A stretch of 64,000 nt of DNA from Candidatus Latescibacterota bacterium (GCA_965208105.1 OZ242318.1:4448001-4512000); one strand, 5' to 3'. Positions 47,684 through 57,710 are shown, counted from the stretch's first letter. Program-made: numbers and translations. The notes: generated from the letters alone by a model not told the origin.

Positions 47684-48843
47684 TGCCCCTGCCTGGCGGA
47701 TGAATCCAGTTCTTCCTCGCGTTGCCGGCGCCAGGTCTCGTAGGGATTTTCCCGGTTGTCCAGGGGAAGGGACACTCTCGCGCCCCGGAGCTGGGACTCG
47801 TGCACCGCCATGATCATCTCCAGGGCGGCGCGTCCGTCCTCGCCGCTGGAGCATTCCCGCACCGGGCGGTCCTCCTCGATCGCCCGGATCAGCTCCCGCA
47901 CGATGATCAGATTGCTCTGGTGAGTGCGCTCGCTCACGGGGTAGCGCTCCCACTCGTTCAGCAGCACCTGCTCCCAGCGTCCGTTTTCCTCGCCGGGGAT
48001 CCACAGGCCCTGCCGGTAGATGTACATCTCCCCCCGGGGTGAGTCGCGCAGGGCGAGGATGCCCTCGGTGCCGTAGACCTCGAACCCGAACCAGCGGTTG
48101 TTGAGTCTTCGCACGGTATCGCCGCGATAGGATTCGTAGTGCGCCGTCACCCCGTTCTCGAAGGCGAAGTAGGCCGCCACACCGTCGCCGGCGATGGGGC
48201 CGATGCCCTCGTCTCCCTGGCGCACGTCTTCCAGGGCAACCTCCCGACCTCCCTCGGTGACGTGCCCGTGGACCCAGGCCACGTCGGCCCCGGCGAAGTA
48301 CCGCATGCTGTCCATCATGTGGGTGCCCAGGACCATCAGGTCCTGCGACCCGGCCCGGTGGTCGGCTTTGCCGTGGCCGCGCAGCACCTGCAGGCGGCCG
48401 ATGGCCCCTTCGTCCACCAGCTTCTTGCCGTACTGCTCGTAGGGATTGGCGCGCCGGTGGGCAACCGCGGTCTTGACTCCGTGGGTCCGGCAGGCCTGCA
48501 GCAGGGCGTCCGCCTCCCTCAAGGTGGGAGCCAGCGGTTTCTCGATCAACAGTCCCCGCGCCCCGGCCTCGGCGCAGGCGATGACCATCTGGGCGTGGCA
48601 GTCCGGCAACCGCGGGCAGACGCTGACCAGGTCCAGGTCCTCGGCGGCGAGCATGCGGCGGTAATCGGCGTAGAGCCGCCGCGCCCCGGTGCGCTCGCCG
48701 GCTGCGGCGCGGCCCTCGGGGTCGGGGTCGGCAATGGCCACGAAGTCCACCTGTTCCAGCCCCTGGAAGGCCATCTCCAGCAAATGGCCGTAGTTGCCGC
48801 GCCCGGTGTGTCCGATGGCGCCGGCACGATAGCGCTCGCCCAT
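47680..48843 (-). CDS. Gfo/Idh/MocA oxidoreductase
   Basis: Rossmann N-terminus, EKPLA, G.IG.L, GTH..D. Confidence 0.88.
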   Translation of the reverse strand: MGERYRAGAIGHTGRGNYGHLLEMAFQGLEQVDFVAIADPDPEGRAAAGERTGARRLYADYRRMLAAEDLDLVSVCPRLPDCHAQMVIACAEAGARGLLIEKPLAPTLREADALLQACRTHGVKTAVAHRRANPYEQYGKKLVDEGAIGRLQVLRGHGKADHRAGSQDLMVLGTHMMDSMRYFAGADVAWVHGHVTEGGREVALEDVRQGDEGIGPIAGDGVAAYFAFENGVTAHYESYRGDTVRRLNNRWFGFEVYGTEGILALRDSPRGEMYIYRQGLWIPGEENGRWEQVLLNEWERYPVSERTHQSNLIIVRELIRAIEEDRPVRECSSGEDGRAALEMIMAVHESQLRGARVSLPLDNRENPYETWRRQREEELDSSARQGQ

Positions 48844-48871
48844 GGATAACTCTCCTCGTGTTCGCGGTTAA

Positions 48872-49732
48872 TCAGAGAACCAGCACCACCGCCAGCACTC
48901 CCACCCCCACGCCCCAGAGAGCGGCGCGGCTGAGCGGCTCCTTCCACAACAGGGGCGCGGTCAGATTGTCCAGGATGACCACGCCGCAGCCCATAAGCGG
49001 GAAGAATACGGTCCCGGGCACCCGCTCCAGGGTCATCAGTATGACCGAGAGGGCAACGAGGTTGAAGCTCCCGATTCCGGCCCCCATGGCCAGGTCCCGG
49101 CGCCGCGGGCGGCGGCGCGCAAGCCACAGGGCCCGCCCCGCCCCGATCGTCCCCGCGGTGAAGCCGATGACCATGAGCACCTGCAGGTGGGAGGAGCCAA
49201 GACCGGCGTAGTGCACCCAGCGCAGGCAGGAAGAGCTCATTCCCTGCAGCGCGAAAATCAGGGCAAGCATGGCCAAGGCCCTGAGACCGTGCACGGCGGT
49301 GCGGTGCTGCGCGTGCCGGGACATCAAAAGCAGGGCCAGCAGGGCCAGACTCAGCCCCAGGACCTGGACCCCGCCCAAAGGCTCGTCCCACAGCAGCATC
49401 CCCAGCCCCACCGGCACAACGATGGAGAGGCGGAAGGCGGTCAGCACCGAGGCCACACGCAAAAGCCTGAGCACGTGGGTCATCATCGACATGGAGCTGA
49501 TGAAGACGGTGCCGGTGACCACGCCCACCGCAACCGCGGCCAGGGGGAGCTGCAGCCTTCCGGTCGACCCCAGATAGATCAGAAGGATGGCAGCCATGAC
49601 CAGGTAGTTGGTCGATACCACGGTGGGAGCGTGACAGCCCTTTTGCTCCGCCCATTTGAACAACTGCCCGAAGCCGAATTCCACCATCAGCGACAGCAGC
49701 AACCAGAGGGGGATGTCCCCTGCCATGCTCAT
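48872..49732 (-). CDS. EamA/DMT family transporter
   Basis: About 10 hydrophobic helices in two repeats (LWDEPL, LWKEPL). Confidence 0.75.
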   Translation of the reverse strand: MSMAGDIPLWLLLSLMVEFGFGQLFKWAEQKGCHAPTVVSTNYLVMAAILLIYLGSTGRLQLPLAAVAVGVVTGTVFISSMSMMTHVLRLLRVASVLTAFRLSIVVPVGLGMLLWDEPLGGVQVLGLSLALLALLLMSRHAQHRTAVHGLRALAMLALIFALQGMSSSCLRWVHYAGLGSSHLQVLMVIGFTAGTIGAGRALWLARRRPRRRDLAMGAGIGSFNLVALSVILMTLERVPGTVFFPLMGCGVVILDNLTAPLLWKEPLSRAALWGVGVGVLAVVLVL

Positions 49733-49889
49733 CCACCGGCCCCCGGAAAGATTGGCACCCGCACCACAGCGGGCAAAACTCCGCGACCGGCAGCCTGCTG
49801 TCAAGCCCGGATGCCCTCACAGATTGCAGGGATGGAATGCCGAGGCAAAGGCGGGGCAGGAGCATTTCAGTGAGATCCGTTGATCCTTG

Positions 49890-49965
49890 TAAATTTTAAA
49901 TAAATTGAAATTTTTGAATTTTATCATTGAATTTATTGAAAAATTAAATTATATTATTTTCAAAA
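49890..49965. promoter_or_regulatory. Extremely AT-rich divergent promoter/operator region
   Basis: Nearly pure A/T stretch in GC-rich DNA; AATAAATTGAA...TTGAATTTATT inverted repeat. Confidence 0.6.
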
Positions 49966-49987
49966 TGCAACTGAGAGGAGGAAAATC

Positions 49988-50377
49988 ATCAAGGACTGGA
50001 AAGAGCTTACCGACCTCACCGGGGGTGGGCCATTGGTGGTGGAGCGGGTTTTCCTGCCGGACCGGGATATGGCTGTCGAAGGGCAATTCGATCCTCCTGT
50101 TCTTGCCCGTCTTTCCGCCGAGGACCAGGTATTCGTGATGGCCTTCGTCCAGGTTCACGGCTCGATCAAGGAGATGGAGCGCATTTTCGGCATCAGCTAT
50201 CCTACGGTCAAGAACCGCCTGAACAGCATTTCGGAGCAGTTCCAACTGGTGGAGACGGTGCTGCGTGGAGCCGGATCAGGGAGCGGGCCCGGGTCCGAGC
50301 CGCGTTCGGCGCAAGTGCTCGACAGCCTGGAGAGCGGCGAGATCGATGTTGAAGAGGCGTTGCGGAGGCTGTCCTGA
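49988..50377 (+). CDS. DUF2089 family HTH regulator
   Basis: GSIKEMERIFGISYPTVKNRL HTH; C-terminal LESGEIDVEEAL. Likely ATC start at 49988 after AGGAGG (ORF track starts at 50033). Confidence 0.8.
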   Translation: MKDWKELTDLTGGGPLVVERVFLPDRDMAVEGQFDPPVLARLSAEDQVFVMAFVQVHGSIKEMERIFGISYPTVKNRLNSISEQFQLVETVLRGAGSGSGPGSEPRSAQVLDSLESGEIDVEEALRRLS

Positions 50378-50652
50378 TGCTGCCACCGGCGCTGCTGCGG
50401 CTGCGCGTCCACAGTGACGAGCGCCGCATTCGGCTGTGGATCCCCCTCGTGCTCCTGTGGCCCTTCATTGCCCTGGTGATAGTTCTGGGAGCGCCAGCCC
50501 TGATCCTGGCGGCGGCCTGCTATCGGCACCGTGGATGGGGACGGCCCATGCTGCTCACCGGTCCCTTGTTTCTGTACGCGCTTACCTCCTTGCGCGGTCT
50601 GCGCATCGACCTGGACTCGGGTGGGAAGCGCGTGTTCATTGCCATCGACTAG
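50377..50652 (+). CDS. Small membrane protein
   Basis: RLWIPLVLLWP, hydrophobic core; translationally coupled to DUF2089. Confidence 0.7.
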   Translation: MLPPALLRLRVHSDERRIRLWIPLVLLWPFIALVIVLGAPALILAAACYRHRGWGRPMLLTGPLFLYALTSLRGLRIDLDSGGKRVFIAID

Positions 50653-50661
50653 GAGGATGAC

Positions 50662-51768
50662 ATGACTGAAGATCGTCGCAGAGTTCTCGACATGCTCTCG
50701 GAGGGGAAAGTGAGTGTAGACGAGGCCGAGCGTCTTCTGCAGGCGCTGCAAGGCACCCGCCGGATCGAGGCCCCCGAAGGGGGTGGAATGGATGTACAGT
50801 TACCTGGCCGTGAGGACCTGCAAAATTCCCCCGAGGGGATCGAAGGAAACCTCGAGGGAGAACTGGAAGGAGACCTCGAGGGAGCACTTGAGGGCAGGCT
50901 TGAAGGAGATATTGAAGGAGAGCTCGAAGGTCTCGAAGATTCCCTTGCCGGGTGGTCGGAGGAAGAAAAAGGCGGCGGTGACAGGGATGGCAAGAGGTCC
51001 ATGCGCGACGACACTTTCACAGTGGGGGACAAGCCGCGCCTCGAGGTGCGCGGCTTCAGTGGCCGCATCCGGGTCAACAGCGGCAGCCCCGGTACGATCC
51101 GGGTGCGGGCGAAGCTGAAAAACCCCCACCGCATCGAGTACAACGCCGTGCAGGAAGGGGACCGGGTCAAGGTGGAGGCCAGGCCCGACAGGCAATCAGA
51201 GGGAATCCTGCCCGGACCCTTCGGCCAGCACAGCGGAGTGAACATGGAGGTGGTGGTTCCTGTAGCCACCGCCGTCGACCTCGAGACCAGCAACGGGCCC
51301 GTGGAAGTGCGCGGGACGGAGGGAGGCGGAACGCTGATGACCACGAACGGACGCATAAAGGTCGAGGGGTTCAAGGGCGAGCTCGAGGCCACCACCAGCA
51401 ACGGCGCGGTCACCCTCAAGACCTTCTCGGGGTCGGCGGTGCTCGCCACCTCTAACAGCCGCATTGCCATCGAAGACGGAAGCGGCCGCTTCGAGGCGCG
51501 CACCACCAACGGGTCGGTAAAGTTCCAGGGCAGCATGGAGCCGGGCAGCCGCAACATGCTGTCTACTACCAACGGCAACATCAAGGTGGCCCTGGTCCCC
51601 GATCCCAGCCTGAAGCTGACCGCGGCGACAATGAACGGGCGCGTCCGCTGCGAAGTGCCGGGCTTCGTAGCCACCGAGGACCGCCGCCGCAAGGTCGAAG
51701 GGACGGTGGGCCAAGGCGAGGCCGAGCTAACGGCCAGGACCACCAACGGCTCAATTGCCATTCAGTAA
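50662..51768 (+). CDS. DUF4097 beta-repeat protein with N-terminal SHOCT-like helix (LiaX/YvlB-like)
   Basis: RRVLDMLSEGKVSVDEAERLL; repeated TxNG motifs. Confidence 0.82.
   Translation: MTEDRRRVLDMLSEGKVSVDEAERLLQALQGTRRIEAPEGGGMDVQLPGREDLQNSPEGIEGNLEGELEGDLEGALEGRLEGDIEGELEGLEDSLAGWSEEEKGGGDRDGKRSMRDDTFTVGDKPRLEVRGFSGRIRVNSGSPGTIRVRAKLKNPHRIEYNAVQEGDRVKVEARPDRQSEGILPGPFGQHSGVNMEVVVPVATAVDLETSNGPVEVRGTEGGGTLMTTNGRIKVEGFKGELEATTSNGAVTLKTFSGSAVLATSNSRIAIEDGSGRFEARTTNGSVKFQGSMEPGSRNMLSTTNGNIKVALVPDPSLKLTAATMNGRVRCEVPGFVATEDRRRKVEGTVGQGEAELTARTTNGSIAIQ
50833..50937 (+). repeat. Coding 12-bp tandem repeat (EGxL)
   Basis: EGNL EGEL EGDL EGAL EGRL EGDI EGEL. Confidence 0.8.
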
Positions 51769-51798
51769 CCAGGGACAGCGACGAAAAGGAGGATCACC

Positions 51799-52218
51799 AT
51801 GAACGACAACAGCAGACGGGTGCTCGAAATGCTTTCGGAGGGCAAGGTTTCCGTCGACGAAGCCGAGCGCCTGCTCTCCCTCGTAGACGAGGATCCCAAG
51901 GGGACGGCGATGACCCAGCACACAGGGCAGGCGCGCCAGGGAGCGGCCAGGCACCTGAGAGTAACCGTCGACTCGGACGGAGGCGAGCGCGTCGACCTCC
52001 GGGTGCCGCTGGCCTTGATCAAGGCCGGGGTCAAGCTGCACACCCTGCTTCCGGAGGAGGCGGCAAAGGGAATCCGCAAGGCGATGAAGAAGAACGGGGT
52101 GGACATCGACCATCTCAATCTGCGGTCAGATGGCCTGGAGCAGTTGATAGATGCTCTGAGCGAGATCGAGGTGGATGTCCAGGACGAGGACAACAGAGTC
52201 CGGGTCTACTGTGAGTAA
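51799..52218 (+). CDS. SHOCT-like domain protein
   Basis: RRVLEMLSEGKVSVDEAERLL; LRV.V...V..RVPL.L...VRVYCE. Confidence 0.75.
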   Translation: MNDNSRRVLEMLSEGKVSVDEAERLLSLVDEDPKGTAMTQHTGQARQGAARHLRVTVDSDGGERVDLRVPLALIKAGVKLHTLLPEEAAKGIRKAMKKNGVDIDHLNLRSDGLEQLIDALSEIEVDVQDEDNRVRVYCE

Positions 52219-52236
52219 CTCATAAAGGGAGGCGAA

Positions 52237-55065
52237 ATGAGGTCGGAAAGAAGTTATTGGATATGGACATCCGAACGCCTGGTTGCGGCCGCCCTTCTGG
52301 GGTTATGGGTGGCAGCTCCACTGTGGGCGGAGGGGAAGGAAGGGGCTTCCGCCCCTGAAGAGAGGGAATTCGCGGCTTCGGCGGTGGTGGAGGATTCCGG
52401 GGAAACAGGGGAGGCGCTGACGGCCGAGGCGGAAGAGGATGCGGAGGCAGAGGAGGAGACCGAGGATGGGGCCGGAAAGGAAGAGGAAGGTGGAGTGGAA
52501 GCCGCTGAAGGGGAGGAGGACGAAGGACCGGGGTTCGCCGAGGTTGTCGAGGACTTCGAGAAGATGGAGGGGTTGTTCGAGCTTTACCGCGACCCGGAGG
52601 AGAACAAAGTCTACCTGGCCATCCGGCCAGACCAGTTCGACCGCATCCACCTGTGCAGCATCACCCGCACCCAGGGGGACGGCTACTTCTTCGATTCGGC
52701 CTCGCTGGTACACGTCGGCCGCGGCTTCGGCACCTTCCCATTCGTTTTTCAGCGGGTCGGCAAACAGGTGTTCTTCACTCACAAGAACGTCTACTATCGC
52801 GCCGAGCCCGACGCCGCCATCCACCGCGCCGTCGACCGCGGCCTTTCCGATTCGGTTCTCGGTGTGGGCGCCATCGAGGGGAAGCCGCACCCCGAAACCG
52901 GTGCGGTGCTGGTGGACCCAAGTGCCTTCTTCATCCAGGATATCGCCCTGGTGAGCTACATCTTCAGCGAGCACATCAAGAAAACCGCCTACACCTTCCA
53001 GGGGGACAAGAGCTATATCGGCGAGCTCGAGAACTTTCCCCAGAACACCGAGGTCGACGTGGTGCTGCACTTCGGCACCGAGGCGCCAAAGATGGACATT
53101 CCCACCCTGGCCGACCTGCGCAGTTTCCAGCACATCTACCACTACAGTCTCTCCACCCTGCCGGAGTCGGACTTCCGCCCGCGCGCGGCCGACGACCGGG
53201 TGGGGCATTTCAACACCCTCTACCAGGACTACACCTCCGTGCTCGACGACGACCCCTATGTGCGCTACGTCAATCGCTGGCACCTGGAAAAGGCGGAGCC
53301 GAGGTTCAAGCGCTCGCCCCCCAAGAAACCCATCGTGTTCTGGCTCGAGAACACCATCCCGGTCGAGTACCGGGCAGCGGTGCGCGAGGGGATCCTGGTG
53401 TGGAACAAGGCCTTCGAGCGCCTCGGCTTCGAAGGGGCGATCGCGGTGGAGCAGCAGCCGGACGACGCCGGCTGGGACGGCGCCGACGTGCGCTACAACA
53501 CCGTGCGCTGGATGGTGCAGCCGGGCCAGGCCTACGCCGTGGGACCGTCGCGCACCAATCCCTTCACCGGTGAGATCTTCGACGCGGACATCCGCATCAG
53601 CGCCGATTTCGTGCGCTACGCCCACCTGGAGTTCACCGAGATGGCCGATCCCGTGGGTAGGAGGCGCCGCGCCATCGGAGATTCGCTCGCCGCGGCCGCG
53701 GGTCTGACCGGGGACTACACCAGGGGATTCTGCGACATGGCCTCCGGGCTGATGCAGGAGGCCGCTTTCGGGTGGCACCTGCTGTCGGCGCGGGCGGGGT
53801 CCGGCGCTGTCGGGGTGGACGAGGAGGAGTTCATCCGCCAGCTGCTGGTGATGCTGGTGGCGCACGAAGTGGGGCATACCCTGGGCCTGCGCCACAACTT
53901 CAAGGGCAGCACCCTCCACCCCCTTGACGAGCTGCACGACCGCCGGGTCACCGACAAGGAGGGGATCTCGAGCTCGGTGATGGACTACAACCCGGTCAAT
54001 ATCGCCCCCGAAGGTCTTGAGCAGGGAGAGTACTACCAGACCACCCTGGGGCCCTACGACTACTGGGCAATCGAGTACGCCTACCAGCCCCTGGAGGAGG
54101 ACAGTCCCGCCAGCGAGCGCGCTCAACTGGAGCGGATCGCCGCCCGGGTGGCGGCGCCGGAGCTGGCCTACGGAACCGACGAGGACGCCATCTTCGGGCC
54201 GCGGGGAATCGACCCGAGGGCGGCGCGCTGGGACCTTCGCGACGACCCCATCGCCCATTTCCGCGACCAGGTGGGCCTGGCGCAAGAGCTGTGGTCCAGG
54301 GTGGAGGACAAGTTCGAGCGCAAGGGGGAGCGCTACCAGACCCTGCGCCGGGTCTTCGGCTGGGGCTTCAGGCCCTACTTGATGGGTGCGGCCACGGTCA
54401 GCCGCTATATCGGCGGCATCCACCACCACCGCGACCACGTGGGGGACCCCGGGGGACGGGTCCCGCTGCGGCCGGTGGCACCTGCCCGCCAGCGCGAGGC
54501 CCTGGACTTCCTGGTGGAGCACCTGTTCGGTCCCGGCGCCTTCGGCTGGAGGCCGCAGCTGCTCAACAAGCTCGCTCCAGAGCGCTGGACCGATTTCACC
54601 TGGTCGGTGTTCGCGGTGGAGCGCATCGACTATCCCATCCACCAGATGGTGCTGAGGATCCAGCAAATGCCCCTGGACCGCTTCTACGATCCCGTTCTGC
54701 TTAGCCGGCTGCAGGACCTCGAGCTGCGCTACGAGGATGGAGAGACCTTCGGCATGGTCGAACTCTTCGACGGATTGCGCCGGGCCATCTGGGCCGAGCT
54801 GGAGACGGGGGACGCCATCGACAGCTTTCGCCGCAATCTGCAGCGCGCCCACCTGCAGAAGATGATCGGCCTGGTGCTGGGGTCGGTCCCCGGGGTCCCG
54901 GAGGACGCTCGCACCCTGGCGCGGGCCGACCTGCTAACCATCGCCGCGCTGATCGAGGCGAGGCTGCAGGACGGCGGTCCGGATGCCTACAGCCGCGCCC
55001 ACCTCGAAGAATCAGGGGCGCGGATCGAGGCGGCGCTGGAGGCGGGCCTGGAGCGCAGTTTGTAG
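52237..55065 (+). CDS. Secreted zinc metalloprotease (EcxA/DUF4953, DUF5117-type)
   Basis: HEVGHTLGLRHNF, SSVMDY Met-turn, GPYDYWAIEYAY; signal peptide and acidic linker. Confidence 0.88.
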   Translation: MRSERSYWIWTSERLVAAALLGLWVAAPLWAEGKEGASAPEEREFAASAVVEDSGETGEALTAEAEEDAEAEEETEDGAGKEEEGGVEAAEGEEDEGPGFAEVVEDFEKMEGLFELYRDPEENKVYLAIRPDQFDRIHLCSITRTQGDGYFFDSASLVHVGRGFGTFPFVFQRVGKQVFFTHKNVYYRAEPDAAIHRAVDRGLSDSVLGVGAIEGKPHPETGAVLVDPSAFFIQDIALVSYIFSEHIKKTAYTFQGDKSYIGELENFPQNTEVDVVLHFGTEAPKMDIPTLADLRSFQHIYHYSLSTLPESDFRPRAADDRVGHFNTLYQDYTSVLDDDPYVRYVNRWHLEKAEPRFKRSPPKKPIVFWLENTIPVEYRAAVREGILVWNKAFERLGFEGAIAVEQQPDDAGWDGADVRYNTVRWMVQPGQAYAVGPSRTNPFTGEIFDADIRISADFVRYAHLEFTEMADPVGRRRRAIGDSLAAAAGLTGDYTRGFCDMASGLMQEAAFGWHLLSARAGSGAVGVDEEEFIRQLLVMLVAHEVGHTLGLRHNFKGSTLHPLDELHDRRVTDKEGISSSVMDYNPVNIAPEGLEQGEYYQTTLGPYDYWAIEYAYQPLEEDSPASERAQLERIAARVAAPELAYGTDEDAIFGPRGIDPRAARWDLRDDPIAHFRDQVGLAQELWSRVEDKFERKGERYQTLRRVFGWGFRPYLMGAATVSRYIGGIHHHRDHVGDPGGRVPLRPVAPARQREALDFLVEHLFGPGAFGWRPQLLNKLAPERWTDFTWSVFAVERIDYPIHQMVLRIQQMPLDRFYDPVLLSRLQDLELRYEDGETFGMVELFDGLRRAIWAELETGDAIDSFRRNLQRAHLQKMIGLVLGSVPGVPEDARTLARADLLTIAALIEARLQDGGPDAYSRAHLEESGARIEAALEAGLERSL

Positions 55066-55295
55066 GCCGACCCGACGCCGGTACTGCCTTTATCAACTTG
55101 CTGCCGCGAAGCAGGGCTGCGGTGATTTGCACCGGGTCCGGTCCCGGCGGTGGAGTTGGCGGGCAGGCGCGGGCCCGGAGCATCTTCACCTTTCTCAGCG
55201 AAACCGGACCTTTCTTCGCAGTTGAGGCAGGGCGCGGATTAAGCTTCCAGGCGAACCCTCAGAACATCCCCTCCCCGCAGTCCCTCGATCCTCAC

Positions 55296-57380
55296 CTACC
55301 TATCGCCGGTGTTCTCCAGTACAGCTACGTAGGCGTCGTATAGATTCTGGATGTTCTCGACGTAGTGGACCGGCTGGCCGCCGCGGCAGAAGCCGTAGCG
55401 CGCCCGCTTGTAGTAGGTTGGCTGGGAGAGCAGGCGCATGGCCTCCTCCACGTTCCCGAACCAGCGGTCTGGGTCCCACCCCTTTTCCCGCGCCAGATGG
55501 CGGGCGTCGAGGAGATGGCCGTATCCCACGTTGTAGGACGCCAGGGCAAAGCGGATCCGCGCCTCCATGGAGAGGTCGAAATCGAAGCGGTCGATGAGTT
55601 GATACATGTACTTTGTCCCCGCGTGGATGCTCTTCTCCGGGTCATGCAGGTCGGTGAACCCCAGCTGGCGTCCGGTGTCGGGCATGATCTGCATCAATCC
55701 CTGGGCCCCGACCCAGCTTACCGCGTTGGGATCGAACCTCGACTCCTGGTACATCTGCGCCGTAACCATGCGCCAGTCCTGGCCGTAGCGCAGAGCGTAT
55801 TTCTTCGCCAGTCCGTCGTAGGGCGACAGTTGCCCGCTCAGATCGACCCGCATGGAATCCTTGGCCCGGGCGATGCCGCGGCTGTTCTCGAAATATCTCT
55901 TCTTCATCATGTTGAAGAACAGGCCGCCTTTTTCGCGCTGGATGTACTGGTTCAGGGAGGCCAGCAGGGCGGGGTTGTCCTTGCGCACGGCCCAGCCCAG
56001 CAGGGTGGACTTGATGCTGAATGCGGCCTTGAGCCTCCGCCCGTAGGCGAGCTCCACGTCGAGCAGGTTGGCGTCGCACATGGCGACGTCATATATCCCT
56101 TCCTCGACCCCGGCGAGGATGTCCTCGGTCTCCACGTCGTCGGGCAGCAGTGCGATCCGGATTCCAGCGATGGAATCCTGCAGCCCCGTCAGGGTGGTAT
56201 AGAACGATGAGCTGGCCCTCACGTGGACGGTGCGTCCGGCCAGATCCTCAAGGGCGCCGATCGAGTCTTCATCGGCGCGCACCACCACCAGCTCGTCCAC
56301 TTCGTTGTAGGGCCTGGTAAAGTCGGCTCTGGCCTTCCGTTCGGGGGTGATGGTCATGGCCGCGGCCACCAGGTCACCCTTGCCCTGGTTCAGATAGTCC
56401 AGCAGCTCGGCGTGGCTGTCGGGAATGACGATGTCGAGGCGCAGGCCGTGCTCGTCGGCGAACTTCTTCACCAGTTCGTACTCGAAGCCCACCTGCAGGC
56501 CGCGGTGGATGAAGTAGGTCATGGCGTTGTTGCGCGTGATCATGCGCAGCCGCCCGCGTTCGATCAGCCCGGGAAGGTCGTCGGTGAATTCCTTCTGGCG
56601 CAGGCGGGTGAAGTGGCGCGCGAGGAGGAATTCGTCCACCCTGGCTTTGAGCTGTAGGTCGCCGGGCCGCATCATCAAGGCGATGGGCCGGTCCCTGGCG
56701 AGCACCAGCGGAGTCGCCAGATTGTCGTAATAGCCGGACAGGGCGTGCCACAGGTGGGCGTCGGCCACGGTGGCGGCGTATGTGCCGTCGGCCACTCCCT
56801 GTAGCAATCCCTCGATGTTCAGGGTTTCCTCCACGGTATGGATGCGCAGAGACGGCACCTGCTGCTGAAGCTGCACCAGGGTCTGGTAGTAGGAGCTCGA
56901 CCGGCGCACGCTGACCTCCATGCCGGCGAGGTCGGCCTCCGTGGCGGGCAGGTCCCCGTCCGACCTCGTGACCAGGTACTCGTCTACGTAGAGATAGGGA
57001 GTCGAAAAGGCCGCTGTCTTCTCGCGCTCGGGAGTAATGGTCAGGCTGGCGGCGACCAGGTCGCCCTCGCCTTCCAGCAGTTTGCCCATCATGCGGGAAA
57101 AGTCCTCGACCCTGACCAGCACCGGATCGAGCTTGAGTGCCTCGGCCAGGTCGCGGGCGATGTCGTAGTCGAGGGTTACCTGTTCCCCCTGCCGGGGCAA
57201 GTAGGAGACCTGGTCCAGGGGGACGATTACGCGCAGCACCCCGCTCTCCTGCAACCGGGGAAGGTCCCCGGTGTATCTGGAAGCTGGTTGCGAAGGCGGA
57301 GGCGCGGGTTCGCCGCACTGCACGAGGACGCAGAACAGGGCAAGCCCTGCAGGAAGGAGCTTTCTGAATCGCGGCAACAT
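55296..57380 (-). CDS. mltF: MltF-like lytic transglycosylase with two SBP domains
   Basis: Two periplasmic-binding domains plus YQESRF, GLMQ, ASYNVG SLT motifs. Confidence 0.82.
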   Translation of the reverse strand: MLPRFRKLLPAGLALFCVLVQCGEPAPPPSQPASRYTGDLPRLQESGVLRVIVPLDQVSYLPRQGEQVTLDYDIARDLAEALKLDPVLVRVEDFSRMMGKLLEGEGDLVAASLTITPEREKTAAFSTPYLYVDEYLVTRSDGDLPATEADLAGMEVSVRRSSSYYQTLVQLQQQVPSLRIHTVEETLNIEGLLQGVADGTYAATVADAHLWHALSGYYDNLATPLVLARDRPIALMMRPGDLQLKARVDEFLLARHFTRLRQKEFTDDLPGLIERGRLRMITRNNAMTYFIHRGLQVGFEYELVKKFADEHGLRLDIVIPDSHAELLDYLNQGKGDLVAAAMTITPERKARADFTRPYNEVDELVVVRADEDSIGALEDLAGRTVHVRASSSFYTTLTGLQDSIAGIRIALLPDDVETEDILAGVEEGIYDVAMCDANLLDVELAYGRRLKAAFSIKSTLLGWAVRKDNPALLASLNQYIQREKGGLFFNMMKKRYFENSRGIARAKDSMRVDLSGQLSPYDGLAKKYALRYGQDWRMVTAQMYQESRFDPNAVSWVGAQGLMQIMPDTGRQLGFTDLHDPEKSIHAGTKYMYQLIDRFDFDLSMEARIRFALASYNVGYGHLLDARHLAREKGWDPDRWFGNVEEAMRLLSQPTYYKRARYGFCRGGQPVHYVENIQNLYDAYVAVLENTGDR

Positions 57381-57710
57381 GGAAATCTCCTGGTTCCGCG
57401 GTGTTGGGTCGGCGGAATTCCGATCGGTCCGGCGCGTCGCATGGTTCACGGTTGCGGGAATCCGTGCCACACCGAAAGTACGGGCAGTTCAGGACCAGCG
57501 CAATTTTGGCCCCGGTGAGGCCCGGATGGCAGCAGACGCAACTTCCGGCAGAATCCGCCCCGACCTCGACAGCCGGGAAGTGCTTGTATTTCTTCTGCCC
57601 TCTACGGGGCCGCGCCCGGTGCAGGCGGGCCGGGGACCGCGGCCAGGTTGGGAAAAAGGCGGGCAAGTTCCAAGCCTGGGTCAATCAACAGATTACAGGG
57701 AGATCCGAAA

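Noticed and set aside
46352-49732. Integron integrase or continuation of the array at its head
   Set aside because: No tyrosine recombinase motifs on either strand. These three genes are high-GC, closely spaced (one ATGA overlap) and lack spacers, so they read as an ordinary operon.
52303-54852. 849-aa antisense ORF (and similar ones at 12461, 23181, 35357, 59010, 62832)
   Set aside because: Antisense shadows of well-supported genes, expected with high-GC codon bias; no motifs.
57381-57710. Structured RNA between mltF and rhaA
   Set aside because: GC-rich partial stems only; nothing matching a family I recognise.
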